From assembly GCA_016699875.1 (NCBI GenBank), contig CP064989.1, positions 712,788-776,787 of the forward strand: 64,000 nucleotides of DNA, read 5' to 3'. Below are positions 9,167 to 18,966 of the stretch, piece after piece. The DNA comes from Candidatus Moraniibacteriota bacterium (GTDB taxonomy: Bacteria > Patescibacteriota > Minisyncoccia > Moranbacterales > UBA1568). The stretch's first letter is position 1, and every line of letters starts with the position of its first letter. Both the position numbers and the translations under genes were made by a program. The notes beneath the pieces are model-generated. The model saw only the letters and a program-made list of their open reading frames with translations. It ran no database searches and was not told the origin of the DNA.

Positions 9167-9784
9167 CTAGGGCGTATCGTCAGTGAGGCGGCTGTAAATT
9201 CCCTGTTTTTCTGCCTGCTCTTTGAGCAGCTTTCGTCCTCTGTTTATGAGGGAGGCGACAGTTCCTTTCGGTTTTTCGACGATGTCCATAATCTCCTCAT
9301 AACTTTTCTCTTCGAGGAATTTCAGGATGAGCACTTCCCGATAGATGAGTGGAAGCGATTCTATTATGGCGGAGATTTTCCGGAGTTGGTTTTTGATATC
9401 TATGGTGTGCGTGATATTTTCCGGATCTTGAAAGAGATGGGAAAAATCCTCCGTATCGAGACCGATTGTCTTTGGTCGGGAGGATTTCTTTCGTATCGAA
9501 TCAATGATGGTGTTTCGGCAGATATGGTAGATCCATGTAGAGAATGCGAGGTCGTCATCGAATGCGTTGAGATTCTTATAAACTTTGATAAATGTTTCTT
9601 GCAGAATATCTTCCACGTCTTCATCGGAGGAGAATGATATTCGGCGGACATATCGAAACAACCGGTCCCAGTATCGTTCGACGATACCCGAAAAAGCATC
9701 CGGATTAGCAACTGAAGCAATTACGATATCGCTGTCGCTCAGCTCGTGATGCTGGCTCTCTTGGAGATTCTCTTTGATTACCAT
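9167..9784 (-). CDS. RNA polymerase sigma-70 factor, ECF subfamily
   Basis: Region 2 (FSTWIYHICRNTIIDSIRK) and a region 4 HTH (LPLIYREVLILKFLEEKSYEEIMDIVEKPKGTVASLINRGRKLLKE). 205 aa. Confidence 0.9.
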   Translation of the reverse strand: MVIKENLQESQHHELSDSDIVIASVANPDAFSGIVERYWDRLFRYVRRISFSSDEDVEDILQETFIKVYKNLNAFDDDLAFSTWIYHICRNTIIDSIRKKSSRPKTIGLDTEDFSHLFQDPENITHTIDIKNQLRKISAIIESLPLIYREVLILKFLEEKSYEEIMDIVEKPKGTVASLINRGRKLLKEQAEKQGIYSRLTDDTP

Positions 9785-9811
9785 GAATGAGGTCTGTTTG
9801 ATCGATCTCTT

Positions 9812-9840
9812 ATTATACGAACCGGCATATCTAAGTTTGC
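9812..9840 (-). promoter_or_regulatory. Candidate sigma-70-type promoter for the ECF sigma operon: TGCAAA-18 nt-TATAAT on the minus strand
   Basis: Reverse complement of 9812-9840. The -10 TATAAT lies ~28 nt upstream of the start codon at 9784. Confidence 0.3.
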
Positions 9841-9965
9841 ATTCTTTTCAAAGTATACCGAAATAGAAGTCTAATTCAAGAATAGAGTTCTGATATGAAC
9901 AAAGAGCATTTTGAGGGTATTTTGCGACGTGGTATCGTGAGAGTGTCGTTTTTCTAAAAGTTCTT

Positions 9966-10646
9966 ATGGCGAGTTTCCGAACACACATTTCGTGGGGAAT
10001 AGCTTGCGGTGTCCTCGGTGTGTTCTTGTTGGTAATCTCTATGCTTGTGCCACAGTCGTGGAGTCTCTTTGTGCTCCTGTGGCTCATGGTAACCATCGGC
10101 GCCATTTTGCCGGATATGGACAGTGATTCAGGGATACCGTTCCATGTAACATTCGGAGCGCTGTCGATTATTGCTGGCGGATTGGCGTTTCTTGTGGCAT
10201 ACAAATACGTCCCGCAAAACCCTCTACGTATTGCGGAATGGACTATTGGATCGGCAATTTTTATGTGGGGGATTGTTGGGACACTTTTTCGGAGGTTTAC
10301 AAAGCATCGCGGCATGGCGCATTCGATTCCGAGCGCTGTGCTTGTCGGACTCTGTGTCTTTTCACTCGCTTCTTATTGGAGATTTGACGAATGGCAGTCA
10401 TTTCTCTTGGGAGTTGCGATGACATTTGGATATATTGTGCACTTAGTGCTTGATGAGGTTTATGCGGCTGTGAACTTTCACGGCGTGCCCTTTGTACCAA
10501 ACAAAGCATTGGGGAGTGCGCTCAAATTCTACTCAAAGAGCTGGCGAATCAATATGCTGGTTTATGGGAGCATTACTTTGCTGATTGTGCGAAGTAATGG
10601 AGAGATATTTCGTCTCGGGAAACATCTGGTGAATGCGTTGCACTAA
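9966..10646 (+). CDS. YdjM-like membrane-bound metal-dependent hydrolase (DUF457)
   Basis: FRTHISWGIA at the N-terminus, ILPDMDSDSG (LPDIDH-like) and HRGMAHSIPSA (HRGxxHS) match YdjM/DUF457 signature positions. The protein is polytopic. Confidence 0.7.
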   Translation: MASFRTHISWGIACGVLGVFLLVISMLVPQSWSLFVLLWLMVTIGAILPDMDSDSGIPFHVTFGALSIIAGGLAFLVAYKYVPQNPLRIAEWTIGSAIFMWGIVGTLFRRFTKHRGMAHSIPSAVLVGLCVFSLASYWRFDEWQSFLLGVAMTFGYIVHLVLDEVYAAVNFHGVPFVPNKALGSALKFYSKSWRINMLVYGSITLLIVRSNGEIFRLGKHLVNALH

Positions 10647-10780
10647 ATTTTTCCCATCAAATCTCCAGAGTTTATCTCGAAAAATTTTCAAAATCGCTCC
10701 GAAATTATTCTTGAGATGAGTTTTCCATGTCCGCTCCTCCGGCATTTCATGATGCGATAGGGAACACTCGAAAAATTTCT

Positions 10781-11434
10781 ATGATGGATATAAAAAAACG
10801 GGCAAGAGAAATACTGAATCGATTGAAAAAGATATATCCGAAACCGGGACCGTTTGTCGAATGGTCAAGTCCGCTCGAATTGGTAGTGGGAACCGTGCTT
10901 TCGGCGCAGTGCACGGATGAACGAGTGAATCGCGTAACAAAGAATCTGTTCAAGAAATACAGGACGGCGAAGGACTATATGGATGCTGATCCGATAGAAT
11001 TGGAACAAGATATCTATCAAACCGGATTCTATAAATCAAAAGCGAAATATCTCCGGGCTATCGGAGCGATACTTGTCGAGAAATTTGGCGGAGAGGTGCC
11101 AGGTGACTTTACATCACTCCTTACCTTTCCTGGCGTTGCACGGAAGACGGCGCATATCGTGATGGCGAAAGCGTTTGGGAAATACACGGGCGTTGCTGTT
11201 GATACACATGTGATGCGTATGGCGCCCCGGCTCGGGCTGACAAAGCACTCTGAACAAGAGAAGATCGCGAAAGATCTCGAAGGCTTGTTTCCAACGAATG
11301 AGTATCTCCACGTCAATGAGTACTTTATTACGCACGGTCGCGCTATTTGTACTCCGAGAAGACCAAAATGCGGAGAGTGTGCATTGTTGGAGCTCTGTCC
11401 ATCTGGAAGGGAATCGATAGGCAATCTGCCATGA
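10781..11434 (+). CDS. nth: Endonuclease III (DNA glycosylase / AP lyase), 4Fe-4S cluster loop present
   Basis: HhH-GPD region (LLTFPGVARKTAHIVMAKAFG), catalytic Lys-containing helix, and a C-terminal C-x6-C-x2-C-x5-C motif (CTPRRPKCGECALLELC). The track ORF starts at 10727; the likely start is MMDIKK at 10781. Confidence 0.9.
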   Translation: MMDIKKRAREILNRLKKIYPKPGPFVEWSSPLELVVGTVLSAQCTDERVNRVTKNLFKKYRTAKDYMDADPIELEQDIYQTGFYKSKAKYLRAIGAILVEKFGGEVPGDFTSLLTFPGVARKTAHIVMAKAFGKYTGVAVDTHVMRMAPRLGLTKHSEQEKIAKDLEGLFPTNEYLHVNEYFITHGRAICTPRRPKCGECALLELCPSGRESIGNLP

Positions 11435-11546
11435 TCATGACAGAGGGGGTGAAGAAGAGGAAATTAAGCACAAGGCTGGAATCGGGAAAGAAGCAAGCTT
11501 TGTTTCGGACTAGTGCTCGCCCTCATTTCCTCTACTTACTCCCATT

Positions 11547-14500
11547 TTAGTAGTTTGCCGTTACGATATATACGGAGGATGTTTGGTAGGTGGCTGCTGG
11601 CTGAGCGTTTGAAACCGAGACTTTGTAGGTAACTGTGAACTGCTCATTTGAAACGGCGCCAGTTGAACCATCTATGGCACTGGTGTGATCAGCAACCACA
11701 TCACCAGGGGAGGATTGTGTAAATGCCGCATACTTCGTCCCGCCTCCAAAGCGATTTGATCCTTGGACGTCTGTGTCGCTTGAGGTGTAGCCGAATCCAT
11801 ACGTGCCGCCACTCCAGGTAAGCGGTGTCGACCAATTTCCGGAGAAGTTGCCCACGGTATCGCTTGGATTTTCGAGTGAGGTGAGATTGGCAGTATTGTA
11901 AGCCTTCACCGTATATCCGCTTGATGCATTGGTTGAAGTGGTGACGGTAAGCGTTTTGGTGTCGGTGTAGCTGTTGCCATTATTGAGATTGCTGAACGTG
12001 ATGGTATTGGTGCTCAACGAGAAAGAGAGTGTTGGTAAGACCTGCTCCCCATTTGAATTAACGGCGGTGCCAACATTGCCAGCATTGTCCGTTGCCCGGA
12101 CACTTGTGTAGTACGTTGTGCCGGTTGCAAGGTTGAGGCTCGACTGAGTGTAGGAAGTGCTCGTTGAATTATCGCACCAGTTGGCACTTGCCTGCCAGCT
12201 TCCTGCACCGGAGCAGACGCTCCAGTAGTAGTCGTCTGATGCGCGGCGAATAGCATATTCGTATGTATTGAGACCGGAGACATTTGCATCAAACCCGCTC
12301 CAATTGCTAGAGAGGGAAGTGAGTGTGCCATTGTTCCAGTTTTCGTCACCGCTTGTGCCATCGTTTACCGTTCCGCCAGTTGGCGCGGTTGCATCTACTT
12401 TGAAATCCATCGTTCCCGCGACGCCGAATTCCACGTAGGCGGACTCGGCGCTATTGCTATCGATAGCTTTGACGCGCCACCAATAGCCAGTTGCGCTGTC
12501 GGAGAGTGTCGATGGGCATGTGCCAGAGCAGGATCCGCTGCCGTATGTGCCAACAATAAATTCGAATGTTGTACCGGAAGCTGAGAAGGATCCATGTGTG
12601 TAATCAAGGACAAGTGCGGAAAATCCGGAATCCGTTGCGACTTGTACTTCATACTTCACGGTGTCGGTATCTGGGTCGGTGATAGTGAAGCCGAGTTTCG
12701 GTGTGTTTGTTGTGGTCCACGCGGATTCACTAATAGAGGCATTGCTTGAGTTCTTCTGGGTGAGCGAAGTCGGCGCATCTGGATTCGCATTTCCACCGCA
12801 CGCACCTCCGTTTATGGTCCAGTTAGTATTGTTGTCGTTGTCGGCAGTTGAATTGCTTGCGGTGATTGCTGTGGTGACGGCGTTGCCATCGTGCACATCG
12901 GCATAACTCACGCTGACAGTTGCTCCAGTTACGGTGATATCCCATTGATTGCCGTTGGTGACAGATTTCAGAAAGACACGTCCGGTTGTGCAGCCAGATC
13001 CAGTGACAGTGAATGCATGTGTTACGATAGTGCCTTGACTCTCATCGAACTCGACTGTTTTCCCGCCGGTCGTGATGGATAAATTGTAAAAAGTTGTGTT
13101 GGCGGAATAGTTCAAGCTGGATATTTTCGTATTGTCATTAAAAACTACCGTGCCGTTGTTGTGAGTAAAGGTTCCATTATTCGTGAAGTCATCGCCGATT
13201 GTGAAGCTGTTCGATGCGTTTGCTTGAAGGGTGGTATTGGCAGAAATAGAGACGCTTCCTGCCACAGTTAGTGTTGTTGAGGCATTGTTAGCATTTACGA
13301 CAACGCTCGTGTTTGTGCCGTTCCCGATAGTGAGATCACCGTTTACCGTGACGGTTCCCGCAGCGAAGTTGGTGGTGATGCTATTGGCTGATGGCTCTAC
13401 TTGCAAGTTGTTGTAAGTAAAATCAGCATTTACGGTTTGCGCCGAGCTTCCGTTGAAGTTTACCGTTGATCCAGTGATGGTGTAAGAATTGCTTCCCGGT
13501 GTGAAGGTGCTCGCAATGCCGATAGTCCCGGAGTTTGCAAGAACGCGCACACCAGTGGATGAACTAGTGAGGTTATTATAGTTCAGCGCTGGAATGGTTT
13601 GTGATCCCGCACCATTGAAATCTACTGTCGAAATGTTTGCATTAAATGTTCCGCTTGAAGTAAGTGAACTGGAAACGTAGAGTGTATTGCCGTCGAGAGT
13701 GAGTGCTCCGGAATTCGAGAGGTTTTCTGCGGTGATGTTTCCAGAGCTTCCGCTATCGGAGCGATAGGTATTTCCTGAGAGAACGGAAAGCGTACAGCTG
13801 GTTGAGCCGGATGCAGAACAAGCTGTGAGGTCGTCATTACCGTCTACGTCATAAAAAATATCCTCATTGCCACTGACGCTGTTGTCATATTGGGAAATGT
13901 TGGTATTGGAAATAGTTTGATTGTCACTGCTGCCGAGTGAAAATGTAAGGGCGTTTAAGACCATGCCGGTAATATTGGATCCGGCATATTTTGTGACGCC
14001 GATTGCTTCGGCGCTGTCGCTTACACTATCAATCCAAACCGTAACTACGTCTCCCGAAGTTGGTTCGCTCACACCGGAAATGCTCCATGTGCCTGATGAG
14101 ATGGTTCCGGTCTGTGCTTTGAGAGTTCCATTAATGGCGACTTTGACAGTTGAACCATTTGAACCATTGGCGCTTCCGGTGATGCTAATTGTGGCACCGA
14201 TGATGGTAAGCTGGGGTGTGACAGAATAGGTGTATATTGGTGTGCCGTTTCTGGTAATGCGGAATTGGTACACGTCGCCGACGATAGCGGTATCGGTTGC
14301 CTTTAATGACCATTCCATTTCGGTGTAGAAATTGTTGGCGATGTCGACAGAATTACTTGGATTGGTGTCGTCTTGGATATAGCCAGCGGTAAAGTTGGAA
14401 GTGGTCTTGCCGCTTGGCGCAGTGAGTTGTGCGGTTGTGTTCGTGCCTCCGCCTGCCGAGATGTAGCTGGAGTCGCCAAGGAGAATAGGCTGAGAAACGG

Positions 14501-16139
14501 CAACAACTTTGAAAGCGGCGACCACCATGGCATAGTCGTCCGAGGCGATTGTCCAACTGATTGTTTGTGATCCGGTTCCAGCCTTGATGTAGTATTGGTG
14601 ATTGTCTGAATAGGCGCCATCATCCACTTCGGCAAGTGCAGTTCCGGTTCTGGCGGTTGGTGCAGTGGCGAGTCCGTCACCGAGGACAGCAACATATACA
14701 TCGCCAGCAACAGAGGCTGAAACGCTTGCGGATGGGTTTGCACCTGCGGTCGATTCACTGAAGCCGGAAGCATCAAAGGCGGAAGTGTATCCGTCACCTG
14801 CGCTGTAAGAAGAGGCGGTGGCATAGAGGGTGATGGCGCCGGTATTTGGGACACTGATCGTGTTTGCTCCGGATGGCGGATCAATCAAATACCAGAGTTC
14901 TGCGGATGTTTCATAGCCTGTAGCACCACCACGGGTCTGATCTGCCTGAGTCATGGAAACGCCGTTATAGGTGGGGGCGCCGCCAGCCCTTTGTATTGTG
15001 CCAGTACCAACAATGGTGAGGACAAGCAATGTTGCATCTGTGCCGCAGTCGAATGCACGGGCAGAGGGCGATCCGTTTCCTTTCCATCGTTTTGAATTGA
15101 CGAAAGCATGTGTGGATGAACCGCTCTCACTCGCCAGTACCTTTTTGTAGACGCTCTCGGTCGATTTTTTGTATTCGAGTCGAAATGGAATGGAAATCGG
15201 ATCGGATGGCGTATCAAGGAGCATACGAAGACGAACATTCGTATTTTTATATTGGCTGGCGTTGGTATCCTGATTTTGCATCCATGTAGCAGCTGACTCA
15301 CTGCCATCGTCATTTCTGAATCGGAAGCCTTCTTGTTCGATTGGGGAAATTTCTGTGAATGCCGCTTCGACAACTGACCAGTCGTCAGACGTGCCAAATG
15401 TCCACCCCATAGCCGTGTCGGACGAATCTGTTTTGATGAGGTATTGTGCACCGTCGCCATAGGAGCCATCGTCTACGTCATAGAGTTGGGTGCCGGTGCG
15501 TGCTGAGGGCGCCCAAGTAGTGGCGCCGCTTCCTACAACGGCGACGAGTACGTCGCCTGATACGAGCCCGGTAAGTGATGGTCCGGTTGGGTTAACTGAT
15601 GTGTTTCCATTGTCATCATCAGTTTTCAGCACAGTCTTATAGCCGGATGTTGCTTTGTAAGAAGATGCATCAGCGGTCAAATAGACATTATTGCTATCGG
15701 GAATATTTATCTGGTAGGCACTGCCGGTTCCTGGATTGAGAAGATACCAAAGTTCAACGATGGTTTCTGCGCCGGATGGCGCCTGACCATTCTGATCTGC
15801 CTGAGTCATGGAAACGCCGTTATAGGTGGGGGCGCCGCCAGTGCGTGCGGTAGTGCCACCGACGACAATGGTGAGTGTGAGAAGTGTTGTTCCTGATCCG
15901 CACGTATGGTTAAAAGTGACGCCACTGGTATTTCGTGTGCGTGTTTGGTGACTACTGGCATCAAAAGTGTGCGCCTCGGCTTTTGGGACGAAGGCGGTTC
16001 CGGAGAATACTGCGAGGAATAACACAAAACAACCGAAGAAAACGTTTCGTCGGGAAAAAAATACGGGAACGCGGAGCGCTTCGGCATGATGGCAATAATG
16101 CGCCATAATGTGCTCGGTTCGCAATGAAAAAGAAAGCAT
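11547..16139 (-). CDS. Giant secreted surface protein (1530 aa) with a Thr/Ser/Gly/Asn-rich beta structure, two tandem ~190-aa N-terminal domain repeats, FN3-like modules and a ~165-aa C-terminal module shared with the 402-aa protein at 17686..18894
   Basis: Signal peptide (FGCFVLFLAVFSGTAFVPKAEA). Two N-terminal repeats (TLLTLTIVVGGTTARTGGAPTYNGVSMTQADQ... and TLLVLTIVGTGTIQRAGGAPTYNGVSMTQADQ...). The C-terminus ...FTVTYKVSVSNAQPAATYQTSSVYIVTANY is paralogous to the C-terminus of the 402-aa neighbour. Confidence 0.8.
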   Translation of the reverse strand: MLSFSLRTEHIMAHYCHHAEALRVPVFFSRRNVFFGCFVLFLAVFSGTAFVPKAEAHTFDASSHQTRTRNTSGVTFNHTCGSGTTLLTLTIVVGGTTARTGGAPTYNGVSMTQADQNGQAPSGAETIVELWYLLNPGTGSAYQINIPDSNNVYLTADASSYKATSGYKTVLKTDDDNGNTSVNPTGPSLTGLVSGDVLVAVVGSGATTWAPSARTGTQLYDVDDGSYGDGAQYLIKTDSSDTAMGWTFGTSDDWSVVEAAFTEISPIEQEGFRFRNDDGSESAATWMQNQDTNASQYKNTNVRLRMLLDTPSDPISIPFRLEYKKSTESVYKKVLASESGSSTHAFVNSKRWKGNGSPSARAFDCGTDATLLVLTIVGTGTIQRAGGAPTYNGVSMTQADQTRGGATGYETSAELWYLIDPPSGANTISVPNTGAITLYATASSYSAGDGYTSAFDASGFSESTAGANPSASVSASVAGDVYVAVLGDGLATAPTARTGTALAEVDDGAYSDNHQYYIKAGTGSQTISWTIASDDYAMVVAAFKVVAVSQPILLGDSSYISAGGGTNTTAQLTAPSGKTTSNFTAGYIQDDTNPSNSVDIANNFYTEMEWSLKATDTAIVGDVYQFRITRNGTPIYTYSVTPQLTIIGATISITGSANGSNGSTVKVAINGTLKAQTGTISSGTWSISGVSEPTSGDVVTVWIDSVSDSAEAIGVTKYAGSNITGMVLNALTFSLGSSDNQTISNTNISQYDNSVSGNEDIFYDVDGNDDLTACSASGSTSCTLSVLSGNTYRSDSGSSGNITAENLSNSGALTLDGNTLYVSSSLTSSGTFNANISTVDFNGAGSQTIPALNYNNLTSSSTGVRVLANSGTIGIASTFTPGSNSYTITGSTVNFNGSSAQTVNADFTYNNLQVEPSANSITTNFAAGTVTVNGDLTIGNGTNTSVVVNANNASTTLTVAGSVSISANTTLQANASNSFTIGDDFTNNGTFTHNNGTVVFNDNTKISSLNYSANTTFYNLSITTGGKTVEFDESQGTIVTHAFTVTGSGCTTGRVFLKSVTNGNQWDITVTGATVSVSYADVHDGNAVTTAITASNSTADNDNNTNWTINGGACGGNANPDAPTSLTQKNSSNASISESAWTTTNTPKLGFTITDPDTDTVKYEVQVATDSGFSALVLDYTHGSFSASGTTFEFIVGTYGSGSCSGTCPSTLSDSATGYWWRVKAIDSNSAESAYVEFGVAGTMDFKVDATAPTGGTVNDGTSGDENWNNGTLTSLSSNWSGFDANVSGLNTYEYAIRRASDDYYWSVCSGAGSWQASANWCDNSTSTSYTQSSLNLATGTTYYTSVRATDNAGNVGTAVNSNGEQVLPTLSFSLSTNTITFSNLNNGNSYTDTKTLTVTTSTNASSGYTVKAYNTANLTSLENPSDTVGNFSGNWSTPLTWSGGTYGFGYTSSDTDVQGSNRFGGGTKYAAFTQSSPGDVVADHTSAIDGSTGAVSNEQFTVTYKVSVSNAQPAATYQTSSVYIVTANY

Positions 16140-16272
16140 TTTTGCTTTCCTATTATACCACTCTTATGGATGGGAGGTTGGAAATAAGAAGTTGGAGGTG
16201 TGATGTGGCGAGGTGATTAACAAGGGGCAAGGAGTTAAGAAATGGGGAATAAAGTATGGGAAATAGACAGGG

Positions 16273-17595
16273 CTAAACCATGCGCTTCTTTCTATTCCGT
16301 GGAGGAATTTTCGAGTTTTCCTGCATAGGGCGGGGCGTTTGATTTCCTTGGAATTGTTTTGGCTGCTCATGTGACTCTCGGATTCTATGTAGACCGGAAG
16401 AATTGTGTTGTTGTGCTGAGAATCCGGTTTCTTCAAAGGGCGTTTCTTTTGATTGGTGTAGAGGAATGGTTTTTTGGCTTCTTTCCGATTCCCGGCCTTG
16501 TGTTTCTAGCTCCCAATTTCTTCCTATTGATCGATAATTGTTTTCCGATGGTTTCTTTTGAGAATCAAAATGAGCTTTTTGACTGAATGCTGGAAAAAAA
16601 CCGCTGTTGTTTCTCTGTAACATCTGTTTTTTTCGTCTCTTTCGTATGATGAAGAATGTGATGAAGATTATGAGAAAGAGAACAAAGAAACCGAGAGCAA
16701 TAATGATCCACCAAGGAATTATCCAGAAGGCGATGCTTCTTTCAAGCGTGTGATGTTCTTCACCATAGACGGCTTTCAAATTTGCGTGAAACTTGCCGAT
16801 GGGGATATTCCAGAAGAATGATGTGTCGGGATTCCATGAGACATTGAATTCGCGACGGCTGTCTGGAAGCACACTTCCTTTCATGCTGTTTATCTCGAGC
16901 CGTTCTCGTGTATGGCCACGCCAGTCAGTTATGACAACATCGCCTGTTGGGCGTGTGTGCACGTTACCCGTATTACGGAGGAGAAGGGTAAAATCAACTG
17001 GTGGTGCAAAGAAAAACCAGGGCGCCGAGAATTCATCCACATCGAGCGATTCACGGACGTCGCCAGGCACACGTACCAGGAGGAGGCTGCCGACCATAGT
17101 GGAAAGCGCCACTTGGGAAGCTTGTTCTTTATCGGCAGGCGGTTTAGTTCCGAGAAAAACCACACCATAGTGTCCGCCCGGCTCGGCATCTCGCGGTACT
17201 TTGATGCGGAAGCGGAATTCCACGACTTGCTCGGGAAGAATGGCGACTTTCGGATCAAAGAAGCTTACCCAACTTGCGATAGAGTAGCGAGAGTCATTCT
17301 CAATAGCCTTGTCGCCAATCTCGTATTTCGGTTCGCCACCCTCGCCACCTGCCGAGAAATTTCCGGCAGAAGGGTAAAGTTCAACAAGGTTCTTTGTTGG
17401 ATTGGTAATGCGTATAGTATAGGCAGTTTCCGTGCCAGGATCGAGCGTCATCTCAAAAGACGGCGGGGAAAGTGTCATGCCCTCGGCGTCGTTTTTGAAG
17501 GGGGCGGATTGAGCCTCAGCGTATTCCGTATATCCAAAAAATGCCGCGAGGGCGGCAATGGAAAGGATGAATTTTTGAAGAAAGAAGCGATACAT
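16273..17595 (-). CDS. Surface protein with DUF916/DUF3324 (WxL-interacting protein, WxLIP)-like architecture: signal peptide, two beta-sandwich domains, one C-terminal TM helix, basic cytoplasmic tail
   Basis: Signal peptide MYRFFLQKFILSIAALAAFFG; domain segments TLDPGTETAYTIRITNPTKNLVELYP and GHYGVVFL; C-terminal TM FWIIPWWIIIALGFFVLFLIIFITFFII followed by RKRRKK. The architecture matches WxLIP proteins. The family assignment is from pattern, not a search. Confidence 0.55.
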   Translation of the reverse strand: MYRFFLQKFILSIAALAAFFGYTEYAEAQSAPFKNDAEGMTLSPPSFEMTLDPGTETAYTIRITNPTKNLVELYPSAGNFSAGGEGGEPKYEIGDKAIENDSRYSIASWVSFFDPKVAILPEQVVEFRFRIKVPRDAEPGGHYGVVFLGTKPPADKEQASQVALSTMVGSLLLVRVPGDVRESLDVDEFSAPWFFFAPPVDFTLLLRNTGNVHTRPTGDVVITDWRGHTRERLEINSMKGSVLPDSRREFNVSWNPDTSFFWNIPIGKFHANLKAVYGEEHHTLERSIAFWIIPWWIIIALGFFVLFLIIFITFFIIRKRRKKQMLQRNNSGFFPAFSQKAHFDSQKKPSENNYRSIGRNWELETQGRESERSQKTIPLHQSKETPFEETGFSAQQHNSSGLHRIRESHEQPKQFQGNQTPRPMQENSKIPPRNRKKRMV

Positions 17596-17685
17596 ACCGG
17601 CAATAGGGGTGACTGATGTAGAAACGAGAAATCCCGCGTCTCTACATGATATGTAAGAGTGGAATTATTGTACATCTAAAATTTT

Positions 17686-18894
17686 TCAGAAATTCCCCGT
17701 GGCAATGTACGTGATAGTCGTTGAATAGCTACCAGCCTCGGTGGTAGCGGCGACGTTGACAATGTAGGAAACGGTATAAGTAGTGCTGGCTGAAGCAGCG
17801 GATGCGCTTGCAAGCGTGGTCGTAGTATTAGTGATGTATCGGAATTGGTCGGCAGTATTGTAGTCGCTTGCTGCTGCACCAGATCCGCCGGAAGGATCGG
17901 TACCGGTATTTGGTGTTGCATTATCTTTCAGGTTGATACCAAACTGCTCCGTGCCGGTCGATGACGTTGTTTTTGTGCCCATAGCGCTGATTGTATTGGC
18001 GCCGCTTGTCAGGGTATCGCCGTAGTAGGTGATGGTGTAACCGCTTGTTGCATTGGTAGCGGCGGCGAGTGTGTTGGCGGTTCCATTATTAAAGCCAGTA
18101 TTTGATGAATCAGGGTTTCCTCCGCCAGATTTGGTGAGAGAGACTGTATTCTGCGAAATTGCAAAAGTGAGGTAGGGATCAATAGTAGTTGAAACGACTA
18201 CTTGATCGTCATCTACGATAGCGGTTGCCACCTGACCTGTATCTGAAGCGGTTGCAATGCCGATAATATATGTTCCAGCCGTTGTTGGATTTACGACTTG
18301 GTGAGTTCCTGTTCCTCCTGTTGTAGCATTCGTTCCTACCTCAATGATGACTTTCCAACCAGCGGTAATGGCGGTGCCGCCACTTGTCGGATAAGTGAGA
18401 GTGAGTGTTCGATTGCCGGTGCCACCAAAAGCCGCTCCCCATGTTGACGCTCCGGCGGTTCCGGCAAGTGTCTGGTCGTTTTCTGTGCCGCCAGCTCCGT
18501 AGGAAAGGTCTATGTCACTAAAGACAACGCCAGTCGTAACATAATCGGAGGGAAGTGTAACGACAATAGTGCCACTCGACATGGCCGATGTCGAAGTGAA
18601 GAGAAGTGTGTGGTTGGCCGCGGTGTTTTTCTTGATGCGACTCTGGGTATCGGAGAGCGCGGTGAGCGAGGCGGCGGATGTGGTTTGTACGTATGCGGCT
18701 GAAAGTAAAGAAAAAGAGAGGATAATGACAAGCCCCCCGGTTACAATACTTTTATTTATCCGCGCTCGAATATTTCTTTGAATGTGCACTCCGAACGACA
18801 TATTTTTGGTTTTGCAGTGAGGCACTTTCCAAACAACACACAACGAGTGCTTCTCGCGTGACATAAGTATAGAGCTTTTCTGTTTTTTCGACAA
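17686..18894 (-). CDS. Secreted Thr/Gly/Ser-rich surface protein (402 aa in the track ORF; likely start at Met ~18801) carrying the same C-terminal module as the 1530-aa protein (WxL-like or spore-coat-U/Csu-pilin-like)
   Basis: Signal peptide (IVTGGLVIILSFSLLSAAYV). C-terminal DPYLTFAISQNTVSL...TYTVSYIVNVAATTEAGSYSTTITYIATGNF aligns with PTLSFSLSTNTITFSNL...FTVTYKVSVSNAQPAATYQTSSVYIVTANY of the giant neighbour. Confidence 0.65.
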   Translation of the reverse strand: MSKKQKSSILMSREKHSLCVVWKVPHCKTKNMSFGVHIQRNIRARINKSIVTGGLVIILSFSLLSAAYVQTTSAASLTALSDTQSRIKKNTAANHTLLFTSTSAMSSGTIVVTLPSDYVTTGVVFSDIDLSYGAGGTENDQTLAGTAGASTWGAAFGGTGNRTLTLTYPTSGGTAITAGWKVIIEVGTNATTGGTGTHQVVNPTTAGTYIIGIATASDTGQVATAIVDDDQVVVSTTIDPYLTFAISQNTVSLTKSGGGNPDSSNTGFNNGTANTLAAATNATSGYTITYYGDTLTSGANTISAMGTKTTSSTGTEQFGINLKDNATPNTGTDPSGGSGAAASDYNTADQFRYITNTTTTLASASAASASTTYTVSYIVNVAATTEAGSYSTTITYIATGNF

Positions 18895-18966
18895 AGGAAC
18901 AAATGCTGCGTGTCAAGAGGCTGCCTACCCTTCACTTTTCTTGGGCGCTCCGCTAGGATAGGGAGT

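Noticed and set aside
14303-14884. 193-aa ORF on the same strand as the 1530-aa surface protein but in another frame
   Set aside because: It is an out-of-frame overlap within a long, well-supported gene. It is Pro/Thr/Gln-rich with no independent signals.
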